From: a virus
Lineage: Duplodnaviria > Caudoviricetes
Strand: one strand, 5' to 3'
IMG/VR virus record: IMGVR_UViG_3300021121_000001
Coordinates: 51,328-115,327 of that record
Length of the DNA: 64,000 bases
Shown: positions 50,096-59,508 of the stretch, piece by piece
Position numbering within the stretch: the first letter of the stretch is position 1
Layout of the letters: every line of letters begins with the position of its first letter
Notes under the pieces: model-generated
What the model was told of the DNA's origin: nothing
Seen by the model: the letters and a program-made list of their open reading frames with translations, nothing else
Database searches by the model: none
Program-made: the position numbers and the translations under genes

Positions 50096-50562
50096 AAATA
50101 ATAGAAACAGAACAATTTGAAAAAGAAATAGAAAGAATCAAGAATATACCAAATGCATTTAAAACTCCTTATGACAGAGGTGTATTATTTGCTTTTGAAA
50201 AAATGATCAAGGATACAAAACCTTATACTTTTATAGAGGAAAAACCTATTATTTCATCTAATGAATCTGTAAAAGCAGAAAAAATAATAGAACTTTTTGC
50301 AAAAACAAGTAATTTAACAACTAAACAGATCAAGTCTAAAACAAGAAAAAGAGACATAGTGGAAGCAAGACATCTTGCAATTTATGCTATTACGTTTAAT
50401 ACCAAACTAACATTAAAAAAAATAGGTAAATTGGTTGGAGGAAGAGATCATAGCACTATAATTCATGCAATAGGAAGTGGAAAAAGATTAATTGAAATTG
50501 ATGGAAAAATAAATGAAATATTTTTTAATAATATGAGTATTATCAAAAGCTGGAAGGATTGA
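50089..50562 (+). CDS. Protein with DnaA C-terminal (domain IV) HTH
   Basis: SKTRKRDIVEARHLAIY..IGKLVGGRDHSTIIHA. Confidence 0.85.
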   Translation: MVKIIETEQFEKEIERIKNIPNAFKTPYDRGVLFAFEKMIKDTKPYTFIEEKPIISSNESVKAEKIIELFAKTSNLTTKQIKSKTRKRDIVEARHLAIYAITFNTKLTLKKIGKLVGGRDHSTIIHAIGSGKRLIEIDGKINEIFFNNMSIIKSWKD

Positions 50563-50593
50563 AAGGTTTTATTATATTTCTGATTATTTTTTA

Positions 50594-50601
50594 TAACTTT
50601 G
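50594..50601 (+). promoter_or_regulatory. Bacteroidota -7 promoter TAACTTTG
   Basis: Consensus match 4 nt upstream of the ATG at 50606. Confidence 0.6.
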
Positions 50602-50605
50602 CAAT

Positions 50606-50851
50606 ATGAACATTGCAGAAAAAATAAAACAATTGCTAAATTCTGAAAATGATTGGGATGTAATAACAGGTATTAAACAAATGATTCAAAGTTTTGAAAT
50701 AGAAACAACAAATGAATTAAAAGAAAAATATCTTGAAATTACACAAAGAGAGGTTTTAGAATTTGGCAATTATTTTGATTTTCCCAAATTTTGTAAAACT
50801 GGATATATGTTCACTCCTGTTAAACGTGAAGAACTTAAAATAAAAAAATGA
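50606..50851 (+). CDS. Small LLNS-motif protein
   Basis: EKIKQLLNSENDWDVITG. Confidence 0.6.
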   Translation: MNIAEKIKQLLNSENDWDVITGIKQMIQSFEIETTNELKEKYLEITQREVLEFGNYFDFPKFCKTGYMFTPVKREELKIKK

Positions 50852-51243
50852 AAAAAAGAACTCCTAGAAAAAATCTTGAAAGACCTCATAATATGGGGCT
50901 TTGGACAAAAAGTATGTTTTTTGGTAAAATAAGACAAGTGCTTAGAAATGGTTTTAGATATTATAAACCAATACAACAAGCTTTATTAGATGCCAGGAGA
51001 CCTTCTGAATCTGATAACAAGAAATTGAAATGGGAGTTTCAATGTGCTCATTGTTTAAAGTGGTTTGATAGGAAATCTGTAGAAATTGATCACAAAATAG
51101 AATGTGGTAGTTTGAAAGATTGGGAAGATGTTGTTCCTTTTATACAAAAACTTACAGCAGAAGATCCAAAAATGTATCAGGTGCTATGTAAAAAATGTCA
51201 TAAAGTTAAAACTGAGGAATATAAAAAATCTAAAATAGACTAA
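50848..51243 (+). CDS. HNH-type nuclease
   Basis: CAHC..IDH..QVLCKKCH. Confidence 0.8.
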   Translation: MKKRTPRKNLERPHNMGLWTKSMFFGKIRQVLRNGFRYYKPIQQALLDARRPSESDNKKLKWEFQCAHCLKWFDRKSVEIDHKIECGSLKDWEDVVPFIQKLTAEDPKMYQVLCKKCHKVKTEEYKKSKID

Positions 51244-51244
51244 A

Positions 51245-51454
51245 ATGGAAAACGAATTCAGATCAAGTATTGTAGCAGAAACAATTGTAGAACAAATACT
51301 TCCAAAGTATTTTAAATTCATTATTCATGAAAGTGAAATTGCTGAAGATGGGTCTATGACAAAACTCTATTCTCAATTAGCTGAGAATATTTATTATGAC
51401 GTTTATGATTTAATTAAAAAAGAAATTTATGCAGATAGTAAGACAAACCCCTAA
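51245..51454 (+). CDS. Hypothetical protein
   Basis: ORF. Confidence 0.55.
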   Translation: MENEFRSSIVAETIVEQILPKYFKFIIHESEIAEDGSMTKLYSQLAENIYYDVYDLIKKEIYADSKTNP

Positions 51455-52499
51455 AGAGGAATATAGAAAAATAGATGCTCTTAATCAGAGTATGCTTAAA
51501 GTATTTGACGAGAATCCTTCAACTTTTTATAAGTTGTTCATTCTCAAAGAGCCAAGAGAAGAAACTACTTCTCAGGCAATGTTAATTGGTGATCTTGTGG
51601 ATTTTTATTTATTGGAGTGCAGAGGAAATGAGGCTGAATTTGATTTTAAATTTGAAGATAAATTTACAGTGTTTCAGGGAACAAGAACAAGTGCACAGGT
51701 ATTTGATCTTGCAGATGAGATATTCAAACTTACAAAATCAAGCATTACAGAAGAAGGAGAAATCAGCAGCACTTTTGAATCAAGATTTGAAGAAGCTCTT
51801 AAAAATATACAAGCAGCAGGTAAATATAAAGGTAAAACTCCGGCAAAAGCTCTTGAGGATTTTGTAAATAACGGACAATCATATTTTGAAACTCTGATAA
51901 ATTCTATTGGAAAGAAAGTGGTTGATCTTTTTGTTGTTGAAAAAGCTAAATATCTTGTAAATCAGCTTCTTACAGATGATTTTACAAAAGATATATTTAA
52001 TGGAAATGACGATAGAGAATATCTTACCAAATTTGCAATTGAATTTAACTATAAAGGAGTGAATTGCAAAATGGAAGCAGATGCTATTGATATTGATCAT
52101 GAAATCAAACAAATCCAACCTTATGATCTTAAGTGTACATATGACAATGAGGAATTTAATTATTCTTATCTTAAGAATGGATATTATCTCCAACAGGCAT
52201 TTTATCATAAAGGAATAAAAGTATGGGCTGCTAAAAACAACATGTCTGATTATAGCATTCTCCCTATGAAATTTATTGTAGCAGACACTTCTAAAAACAA
52301 TAGAAGACCTTTGGTATATAAATTAAATTGGGTGCATACAGATCAGGGACTATATGGATTTACAAATAATGGAAGACATTATAGAGGAATAGATCAACTT
52401 ATGGGTGCTTTTATATGGGCACAGGAAAATGACATTTGGAATATTTCCAAAGAGAATTTTGATAACAATGGAATAGTTGAATTACAAGAATTCAAATGA
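51429..52499 (+). CDS. PD-(D/E)XK exonuclease (RecE/DUF3799-like)
   Basis: ALNQSMLK, KMEAD, DLK, YYLQQAFY. Confidence 0.8.
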   Translation: MQIVRQTPKEEYRKIDALNQSMLKVFDENPSTFYKLFILKEPREETTSQAMLIGDLVDFYLLECRGNEAEFDFKFEDKFTVFQGTRTSAQVFDLADEIFKLTKSSITEEGEISSTFESRFEEALKNIQAAGKYKGKTPAKALEDFVNNGQSYFETLINSIGKKVVDLFVVEKAKYLVNQLLTDDFTKDIFNGNDDREYLTKFAIEFNYKGVNCKMEADAIDIDHEIKQIQPYDLKCTYDNEEFNYSYLKNGYYLQQAFYHKGIKVWAAKNNMSDYSILPMKFIVADTSKNNRRPLVYKLNWVHTDQGLYGFTNNGRHYRGIDQLMGAFIWAQENDIWNISKENFDNNGIVELQEFK

Positions 52500-52620
52500 A
52501 ATATAAATTAAACAAGACAAGAATACTCATAATCAAAAAGTGGTTTAATAATTATGGAATGAGATACAATCCTGAAATAGTTTTCAGGAGATTTCAAATA
52601 AAGGAAAACTGGTAAATATA

Positions 52621-52663
52621 AATAGCCAAAGTCTTTGTAAATACAGGGGTTTTGGCTATTTTT
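52621..52663 (+). terminator. Rho-independent terminator
   Basis: AATAGCCAAA..TTTGGCTATT-TTT. Confidence 0.65.
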
Positions 52664-52684
52664 ACTTTCTAAAACAAATAAAAA

Positions 52685-53710
52685 ATGGCAAAAGTAAAGG
52701 CAGAAGAAACAGCAGACAAGATGAAAGAATTTCTTAGTTCTTTAAATAAGAAATTTGGCAAAGGTGTAATTGTAAATGCTGTAGAAGAATCAAATTATGG
52801 AGATGTAATTCCGGTTACATCAATTAGTCTTAAGAATGCTCTTGGAATTGGAGGATTTGCAAAAAGAAAACTATATACATTGGATGGAGATACTTCAGCA
52901 GGTAAATCTACAACAACTTATGACATAATAGCAAATTGTCAAAAAACTTATGGGGATAATTGTCTACTTATTGATAGAGAAGATGGATATACAACATTTT
53001 ATGGAGAACATCTTGGAATAGATAACAGCAAACTTACAACAGCTTGCCCAAAAACATTAGAAGATATGTATGATGTTGTAGTGGATTCATTAAATAGTGG
53101 GCTATTTGGATGCATAGTTATAGATTCTGTAACTTCATTTGCTCCAGCAGCAAGATTTGAAGGCTCTGTAGTTATGGGTTTGGAGGCAAGACTTAACAGT
53201 GATAAAATGAGACTTGTTATGGATGCTTTGAAAAAAAGCAATACTTGTCTTGTAATGATTCAACAAATCAGAGAAAAGATAGGGGGATATGGTGATCCTA
53301 CAACAGTTTCAGGAGGAAAAGCTATTCCTTTTTATGCTCATGTAAGAATAAGAGTGACAAGAAGTGAGATAGACAGGGAGAATAAACAAAACATCATGAA
53401 ATTTACAGTGATAAAAAATAAACTTGCTCCTCCTTTTAAAGTGGGAACAGTTGTTTATAAATGGGATGAGGGTTTTGATGTATTTTCTGAAATTGCAGAT
53501 CTGGCTATAGAATTTGGTGTTATAAATGTAACAGGAAGAACCTATACATTTCCTGATCTTCCTGAACTTAAAGTTGTTGGAAAAGCAAACGCAATACAAT
53601 ATCTTTCTGATAATGAAGAATATACAAGAACAGTTATAGAACCAAAAGTAATGGAATTTTTAAATAAAACAAATGTAAGGAACGAAGCAGTTTCTGAAAT
53701 AGCAAAATAA
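52685..53710 (+). CDS. recA: RecA/UvsX-like recombinase
   Basis: ALGIGG, GDTSAGKST, VIDSV, QIREKIG, GGKAIPFYA, KNKLAPPFK. Confidence 0.92.
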   Translation: MAKVKAEETADKMKEFLSSLNKKFGKGVIVNAVEESNYGDVIPVTSISLKNALGIGGFAKRKLYTLDGDTSAGKSTTTYDIIANCQKTYGDNCLLIDREDGYTTFYGEHLGIDNSKLTTACPKTLEDMYDVVVDSLNSGLFGCIVIDSVTSFAPAARFEGSVVMGLEARLNSDKMRLVMDALKKSNTCLVMIQQIREKIGGYGDPTTVSGGKAIPFYAHVRIRVTRSEIDRENKQNIMKFTVIKNKLAPPFKVGTVVYKWDEGFDVFSEIADLAIEFGVINVTGRTYTFPDLPELKVVGKANAIQYLSDNEEYTRTVIEPKVMEFLNKTNVRNEAVSEIAK

Positions 53711-53718
53711 TTAAAAAA

Positions 53719-53943
53719 ATGGAAGAAGAATTATATAAAGTATACATGTTAGGTTGGAAATTAGGAGGATATATTAAAAGTTGGGATTTGAATTTTTATA
53801 ATGAAAATCATAAAATAGCTTTTACAATGGGTATTAGTGATTATATAATTGGTGACGATGTTGAAAGTTTTGATAATCAGACTAAAAAACAAATTATTAA
53901 AAGAATAAAAAAAATAATAAGTGAAAATAGCATTAACATATGA
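53719..53943 (+). CDS. Hypothetical protein
   Basis: ORF. Confidence 0.5.
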   Translation: MEEELYKVYMLGWKLGGYIKSWDLNFYNENHKIAFTMGISDYIIGDDVESFDNQTKKQIIKRIKKIISENSINI

Positions 53944-54919
53944 CGATATACAATTGATTCCAGAGTATTCTGAAATACAATCAAGAAAAGACATTTCTTT
54001 AGATACAAAATTGACAATAAACTTTTCTATAAATATGCCTATTATAGCTGCTCCAATGCCTACAGTTTGTGGGTTGGATATGGCTATAGAATTAATGGAA
54101 TTTGGAGCAACAGGCTGTATTCATAGATTTATGTCTATAGAACAACAAGCAGATGTAGTTGGATGTCTATTAATGAATAGAATGCATTCCCCTATTGTAG
54201 CAGCAGTTGGTGCTACAGGAGACTATCTTGAAAGGGCTGTAGAGTTAATTAATAGTGGAGTGGATGTTATTCTTATAGATGTTGCTCATGGACATCACAA
54301 GAATGTAAAAGAGGCTATAAACAAAATAAAACCTTTATTTAAAGGAGATATTATTGCCGGAAATATTGCCACAGCTCAAGCAGCTATAGATTTACAGGAT
54401 TGGGGAGCAGATGCATTAAGAGTGGGAATAGGAGGAGGAAGTCTTTGCACTACAAGATTAAAAACAGGTTTTGGAGTGCCAAATGTTTCATGTCTGATAG
54501 ATATAATAAAAGTTGCAAAGGTTCCTGTAATTGCAGATGGAGGTATAAGAACAAGTGGAGATATTGCTAAAGCATTGGCTTTAGGTGCTTCAAGTGTAAT
54601 GATTGGCTCTATGATTGCAGGTACAACAGAATCACCTGGAAGTCTTATTAGAAAACCTAATGGGTTATATAAGAAATATGAAGGAGCAGCTTCATTTGAG
54701 ACCAAGATCAATAATGGACAGGCTGTTAGGAACATAGAAGGAGAAAGTACAATAATTCCATATAAGGGAAATGTAAAAGAAGTGTTGTCTGATGTTATAG
54801 ATGGAGTTAAAAGTGCCTTGTCTTATGCAGGGGCTAATAACTTAAAAGAATTTAAACCAAAATTTGTTCAGGTTACAAACGCAGGACATATTGAAGGTAA
54901 ACCACATTTAATAAGTTAA
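53921..54919 (+). CDS. guaB: IMP dehydrogenase/GMP reductase family enzyme lacking CBS domains
   Basis: ALTYDDIQLIP, IDVAHGH, catalytic GIGGGSLCTT, IADGG, EG. Confidence 0.88.
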   Translation: MKIALTYDDIQLIPEYSEIQSRKDISLDTKLTINFSINMPIIAAPMPTVCGLDMAIELMEFGATGCIHRFMSIEQQADVVGCLLMNRMHSPIVAAVGATGDYLERAVELINSGVDVILIDVAHGHHKNVKEAINKIKPLFKGDIIAGNIATAQAAIDLQDWGADALRVGIGGGSLCTTRLKTGFGVPNVSCLIDIIKVAKVPVIADGGIRTSGDIAKALALGASSVMIGSMIAGTTESPGSLIRKPNGLYKKYEGAASFETKINNGQAVRNIEGESTIIPYKGNVKEVLSDVIDGVKSALSYAGANNLKEFKPKFVQVTNAGHIEGKPHLIS

Positions 54920-55350
54920 TGAATTTAGTAGCATATAGTTGGGTATCAGAAGATAAGATACCAGAGGAAGCATTTGATCAGGATAAAGATATTTATGATC
55001 TTTTACTGATACTAGAAGAAGAAGCAGAAGAAAAGGCTCTTTTTATTGACAGGAACATAGTTATACATGAAGGAGGACTTTATGAAGGATTGTTCAAATT
55101 GGAACATTTTGAAAGGATAAAGCCTATATTTATAAATATGGAAAAACAAAGACTGATGAAAAACAAAACAGACAAAAAAGCAATGAAGGATTTGCTAAAA
55201 CTTACTTTTGGAGACAAGTGTAAATATGAAATTGATGAAAATTGTGTATATTTGTATGATAATGATCTTACAGAAAATGCAGAATTTCAAGATTTTCAAA
55301 ACAGTTGTAATTTTAAAGTAGTAAAATCCTTATTTGATGATAAAACCTGA
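54919..55350 (+). CDS. Hypothetical protein
   Basis: Coupled ORF. Confidence 0.6.
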   Translation: MNLVAYSWVSEDKIPEEAFDQDKDIYDLLLILEEEAEEKALFIDRNIVIHEGGLYEGLFKLEHFERIKPIFINMEKQRLMKNKTDKKAMKDLLKLTFGDKCKYEIDENCVYLYDNDLTENAEFQDFQNSCNFKVVKSLFDDKT

Positions 55351-55954
55351 TCTTTGTCCTGATGTACCATATAAGGACAATAAAACAATAAGATATTTAT
55401 TGCCAACTTTAGGAATGAGATTGGATAAACTGTCTATTATATTAGACAATGTTCATTTAAAAGCAATAGATATTTTGAGATATTTAGGACTGAAAGGAGT
55501 TTATCACTCCTGGAAAGACTGTCCAGATAAATGGGAAAATGAAGTTTATATGGTGTTTGTTCCAAAAGACAAAATATTATACACTAATTTTTATTCATTT
55601 TATGAATATCTCAAAACTCTTAATAATTTTGTGGGAATGTATCACGTAACCAATAACTTTATAGTGTTGGTTATGAAAATAGATTCAAAATACCAATTTG
55701 CTAAAGATGTTGTGGCAAGTGGATTATATAGCAAACTTGGAAAAACCTATGCTAATATATTTTTTAACAACAATGGGAAACTAACTAAAGAATTTCATAT
55801 TATTTGTCAGACAGATGAATATAGAAGAAAGATCGAGTTAGAATTAGGACTTCCGGAAGGACATTTAATTGGTTGTGAACTTGATGAGTTTTTCAATCCT
55901 GAAAATGAGGTGTTGGATTTAGAAAAATTAAATATTAAATTTAAAGACATATGA
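55334..55954 (+). CDS. Hypothetical crAss-like protein
   Basis: YLLP...GxYSK motifs. Confidence 0.65.
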   Translation: MMIKPDLCPDVPYKDNKTIRYLLPTLGMRLDKLSIILDNVHLKAIDILRYLGLKGVYHSWKDCPDKWENEVYMVFVPKDKILYTNFYSFYEYLKTLNNFVGMYHVTNNFIVLVMKIDSKYQFAKDVVASGLYSKLGKTYANIFFNNNGKLTKEFHIICQTDEYRRKIELELGLPEGHLIGCELDEFFNPENEVLDLEKLNIKFKDI

Positions 55955-56229
55955 TGGATCAAATTGTAGAAAATGTAAGACAGAAACTCCTTGATAGGAG
56001 TTCTGTTGGAATTAAGAAATATGGGACAACTATTTGGGATAATAATGATGAGAATTATCTAAAACATTTACAGGATGAACTTTTAGATGGAGCAAATTAC
56101 TGTGAACAAAAAATGAGACTTGGCGCATTCACTACAGATGTAATAACATTGATAGAAAATGAATCTCACGATCAAACTTTAGGAACAGAAATAAGAAAAA
56201 TATATAATAAACTAATAGAAAATGCCTAA
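55951..56229 (+). CDS. MazG-fold-like small protein
   Basis: RSxVGIKKYGTT..HLQDELLDGANY. Confidence 0.6.
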   Translation: MMDQIVENVRQKLLDRSSVGIKKYGTTIWDNNDENYLKHLQDELLDGANYCEQKMRLGAFTTDVITLIENESHDQTLGTEIRKIYNKLIENA

Positions 56230-56650
56230 AACCAATCTTAATGAACTTAGAGACTTTGTTGGAACTATAAATTCTCAAAATGGATTTAGCGACAGGGAAA
56301 TAAACATTGCTGAACTTGCTGCATTGATTACAACAGAATGTTCAGAAATGGTTGAAGCCAGCAGAATTGGAAAACATTCAGATATAGAAGCTTTTGAAGA
56401 TAGAATGAGTCAAATTAAAAATTCTCTTAACTCAAATCTATCTGAAGAAGAAAAAGAGAAAAGACTTGTTTCTGCTTTCAAACAACAATTTAAAAATCAC
56501 ATTAAAGAAGGTGTTGAAGCTGAACTTGTTGATTGTATGATAAGATGTTTTCACACTGCTTACAGACTTAATATAGATTTAGATAAATTGTTTGATCTGA
56601 TAACACATCATAATTCCATTAGAGGGTATAAACATGGAAAATTATATTAA
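56222..56650 (+). CDS. MazG-like NTP pyrophosphohydrolase
   Basis: LITTECSEMVEA..EAELVDCMIR..RGYKHGK. Confidence 0.75.
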   Translation: MPKTNLNELRDFVGTINSQNGFSDREINIAELAALITTECSEMVEASRIGKHSDIEAFEDRMSQIKNSLNSNLSEEEKEKRLVSAFKQQFKNHIKEGVEAELVDCMIRCFHTAYRLNIDLDKLFDLITHHNSIRGYKHGKLY

Positions 56651-56926
56651 ATGAATCAAATTGACATTAAAATAATACCAAATCTAAACAATAGACTAAA
56701 TTCTCTGAGAGCCATGTTTCAAGACATGGTTTCTCAGGGGTTTGGTAAATTTGAAAAAGATCTGTTTTGTATAAGTACAAATGTACAAATACAGCCTAGA
56801 AATCAGGATGAACAGATATTTTTAGGAATGCAAAATAATTCTAAATTGCAGGGAATACATACAAATTGTTACTGCTTAAAACCTGAAGATGATACAAAGA
56901 AAGAAGAAACTGTGCAAGGGGTGTAA
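56651..56926 (+). CDS. Hypothetical protein
   Basis: ORF. Confidence 0.5.
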   Translation: MNQIDIKIIPNLNNRLNSLRAMFQDMVSQGFGKFEKDLFCISTNVQIQPRNQDEQIFLGMQNNSKLQGIHTNCYCLKPEDDTKKEETVQGV

Positions 56927-57329
56927 TAAAGAAAAGTATATTTTCAGTAAGGGCTATTGCCAAAGTTGTGTTCCTAAAAAACCTCTTAAGAAGATAACAG
57001 AAAGAGGAATAGAGAAGAAAAAGAAAAAAGCAAGTTTAACTAAACAACTGTTTGATTTTTATTTATCTTTATGGGATGAAAGGGCTGATAAAAATGGAAA
57101 TGTGACATGTTTTGAGACAGATATTCTTATGTCCGGAACAATATATAGAAATAATATTTGCTGTTATAGTCACCAAATCCCTAAAAGCACACATCCTGAA
57201 ATGGCTTTTAACAAAAAAAATGTATTAATTGTTCTTCCTGATGTACATGCAAATTGGGAAGCAAATCCAAAATCCTGTGAAAAAATGTATGAATACACAC
57301 AAATTCTTAAAGACAAATATAAAATATGA
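56889..57329 (+). CDS. NinG/HNH-like Zn-finger nuclease candidate
   Basis: CKGC..CQSC, SHQIPK..N....H. Confidence 0.55.
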   Translation: MIQRKKKLCKGCNKEKYIFSKGYCQSCVPKKPLKKITERGIEKKKKKASLTKQLFDFYLSLWDERADKNGNVTCFETDILMSGTIYRNNICCYSHQIPKSTHPEMAFNKKNVLIVLPDVHANWEANPKSCEKMYEYTQILKDKYKI

Positions 57330-57632
57330 TAGAAATTAAAATAGAACATCCTAGTGGGGATGGAACATGGGTGATATTTACAGAACCCACTCCAAGACAG
57401 GAAGAAATACTGAAAGATTATATAGAATTGAAAAAGAAATGCAAAAAATAATATACTTCTTTAAAAGAATTTGGTATTTTAATATTCTTGAAAAGGCTTA
57501 TTACATACTTTTTGCAAATGCAGATCTTAAACTAGGGGAAATATGTGTTGGTACAAGAGGGGAGAAATTTCAAGTGCTTTCTAAACCTACTAGAGTATGT
57601 AAACATTATAAATACCTTATAATAAATATAAA

Positions 57633-57827
57633 ATGACAGAAAAACACAAATTAGTAGAAGAAATTATTACATTTCCAAATAGCTATGCGTTATTTAAAGA
57701 ATGCCTGAAAGAAGGAGCTTGGGATAAAAGTAAGCTGGAATACATGGATTTACATGAGCTAAAAGATTATTTGAGAGATATTAAAACATTTGAAAGAAAC
57801 AAAAAAAGACTAAATGGAGAAAATTAA
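57633..57827 (+). CDS. Hypothetical protein
   Basis: Coupled ORF. Confidence 0.5.
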   Translation: MTEKHKLVEEIITFPNSYALFKECLKEGAWDKSKLEYMDLHELKDYLRDIKTFERNKKRLNGEN

Positions 57828-59508
57828 AGTATTGGCTATAACCAATGAAGTTAGCGGAAGTCATTTTCATAGGATTAACTATCCTCTAAATAAAATAAAT
57901 GGACTTGATCTTGATGGCAAACAAATAGAAATAGAATTTAAAAAGTTTGACCAGGATGTTCTTAAAGGAGAATTTGATATTCTTGTTTTCCATTGGAGTT
58001 TGGAAGTTAGTGTCCAGGAATTAGGACAGTTACAGGCTAAAGGAGTTAAAATACTTTATAGTGTAGATGATTTTTGGCAATTTAGTGATACTCATCCTTA
58101 TTATACAAGTCCTATTGCTGTAAATTATGTACAGAATATGGTGATACAGAATTTGCTTCTTGCTGATGCTGTAATGGTTACAACTGAAAGACTTGCATTA
58201 CAAGTAATGAAATACAATACGAATGTAGCAATTCTTCCTAATTTTCTTGACCCTGCTGATTATTCTTTGGTTAAAACAGAAAGTGATAAACTTAGAATAG
58301 GACTATTGGGATCTGTAAGCCATGTTCCAGATTGGAAATTACTTAAGGGAGTTATAAATAGAATTGCCAAAAATAAGGAAATTGCAGAAAAATGTGAATT
58401 TTATATTTGTGGTGTAGATGAATCTGACCCGGCATGGAAAGAAGTTATAAAAATGTTTACAGTTAAAAAGAATCTGAAAGTTGTTATAAAAAATAGCTTA
58501 CCTGTAGACAGATATATGGAACTTTATAATGACATAGATGTTGTTTTGCTTCCTTTGGAATCTACAGAGTTCAATGTTTGTAAATCTGCATTGAAATTAA
58601 TGGAATGTACAATAAGTAAAACTATTCCTGTAGGAAGTATTTTATATACAGGAAAGGAACTTAAAGGAATAGCAGTGGCTGAAAGTGCTTTACAATATGA
58701 AGAAACAATTCTTAGGCTTCTTGATAAAACTCATAGAGATATTATTCTCAATCATATTGTTAATGTAAATCTTAAAGATGCTGATTTTCAGAAAAGATTT
58801 GAAAACACAAAATCTCTTATAGGTGCTTTGGTTAATGAAGATTTGAGTCCAAAAATAGATAATTTGGATATTTACAGTGTTGTTTATGACGAGAATCAAA
58901 TTGTAGAATATACAAAATATGATAATTCTGCTATAAGAATATTGGAACAAAAATCCTGGAGATTTGAATACAATCCTATTATTGATATTTTGAGCAAAGA
59001 AAACAAAGAATATATAGGAGTGTTTAGTTGGAAATTTCTGAATAAAACAGGAATTATGAAAAATATTCTTCTTAAAACTTTACAGCATAAAAAATTTGAA
59101 GAGTATGAATTTATAAATCTGTCAAGAAGATACTGGAAAACCACTAAAGAATATCTTGAATTCAGCTACAATAATCATCCAAAACTGGAGGAACTTCTTA
59201 AAAGAGTTCTTTTACATCTTGGAAAAGAATATAATTTCGACAAAGAAAACTATACATATTCCAACTTTTTTATAATGAAAACAGAAAATTATAAAGAATA
59301 TGTAGAGAAATGGGTGATTCCTGCTTTGGAATTTATGGAAAATGATAAAGAATATTTTGAAGATGCAAATTATGTAAGTGGTATAGCTCCTGAAAAACTA
59401 AAAGAAATGACAGGACTTGATCATTATACCTTCCACACTTTTGTATTGGAAAGATTGATTTGTTTTTATTTGCATGAAAAACAATTAAAAATTCTTAATA
59501 TTGTTTAA
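57814..59508 (+). CDS. Two-domain glycosyltransferase (GT-B/GT4-like N-terminus; DUF4422-like C-terminus)
   Basis: SGxxFHR..P, VDDFW, DAVMVTT, PNF, PL..FNxCKSxLKxME; C-terminal YSNFFIMK..FVLERL. Confidence 0.75.
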   Translation: MEKIKVLAITNEVSGSHFHRINYPLNKINGLDLDGKQIEIEFKKFDQDVLKGEFDILVFHWSLEVSVQELGQLQAKGVKILYSVDDFWQFSDTHPYYTSPIAVNYVQNMVIQNLLLADAVMVTTERLALQVMKYNTNVAILPNFLDPADYSLVKTESDKLRIGLLGSVSHVPDWKLLKGVINRIAKNKEIAEKCEFYICGVDESDPAWKEVIKMFTVKKNLKVVIKNSLPVDRYMELYNDIDVVLLPLESTEFNVCKSALKLMECTISKTIPVGSILYTGKELKGIAVAESALQYEETILRLLDKTHRDIILNHIVNVNLKDADFQKRFENTKSLIGALVNEDLSPKIDNLDIYSVVYDENQIVEYTKYDNSAIRILEQKSWRFEYNPIIDILSKENKEYIGVFSWKFLNKTGIMKNILLKTLQHKKFEEYEFINLSRRYWKTTKEYLEFSYNNHPKLEELLKRVLLHLGKEYNFDKENYTYSNFFIMKTENYKEYVEKWVIPALEFMENDKEYFEDANYVSGIAPEKLKEMTGLDHYTFHTFVLERLICFYLHEKQLKILNIV

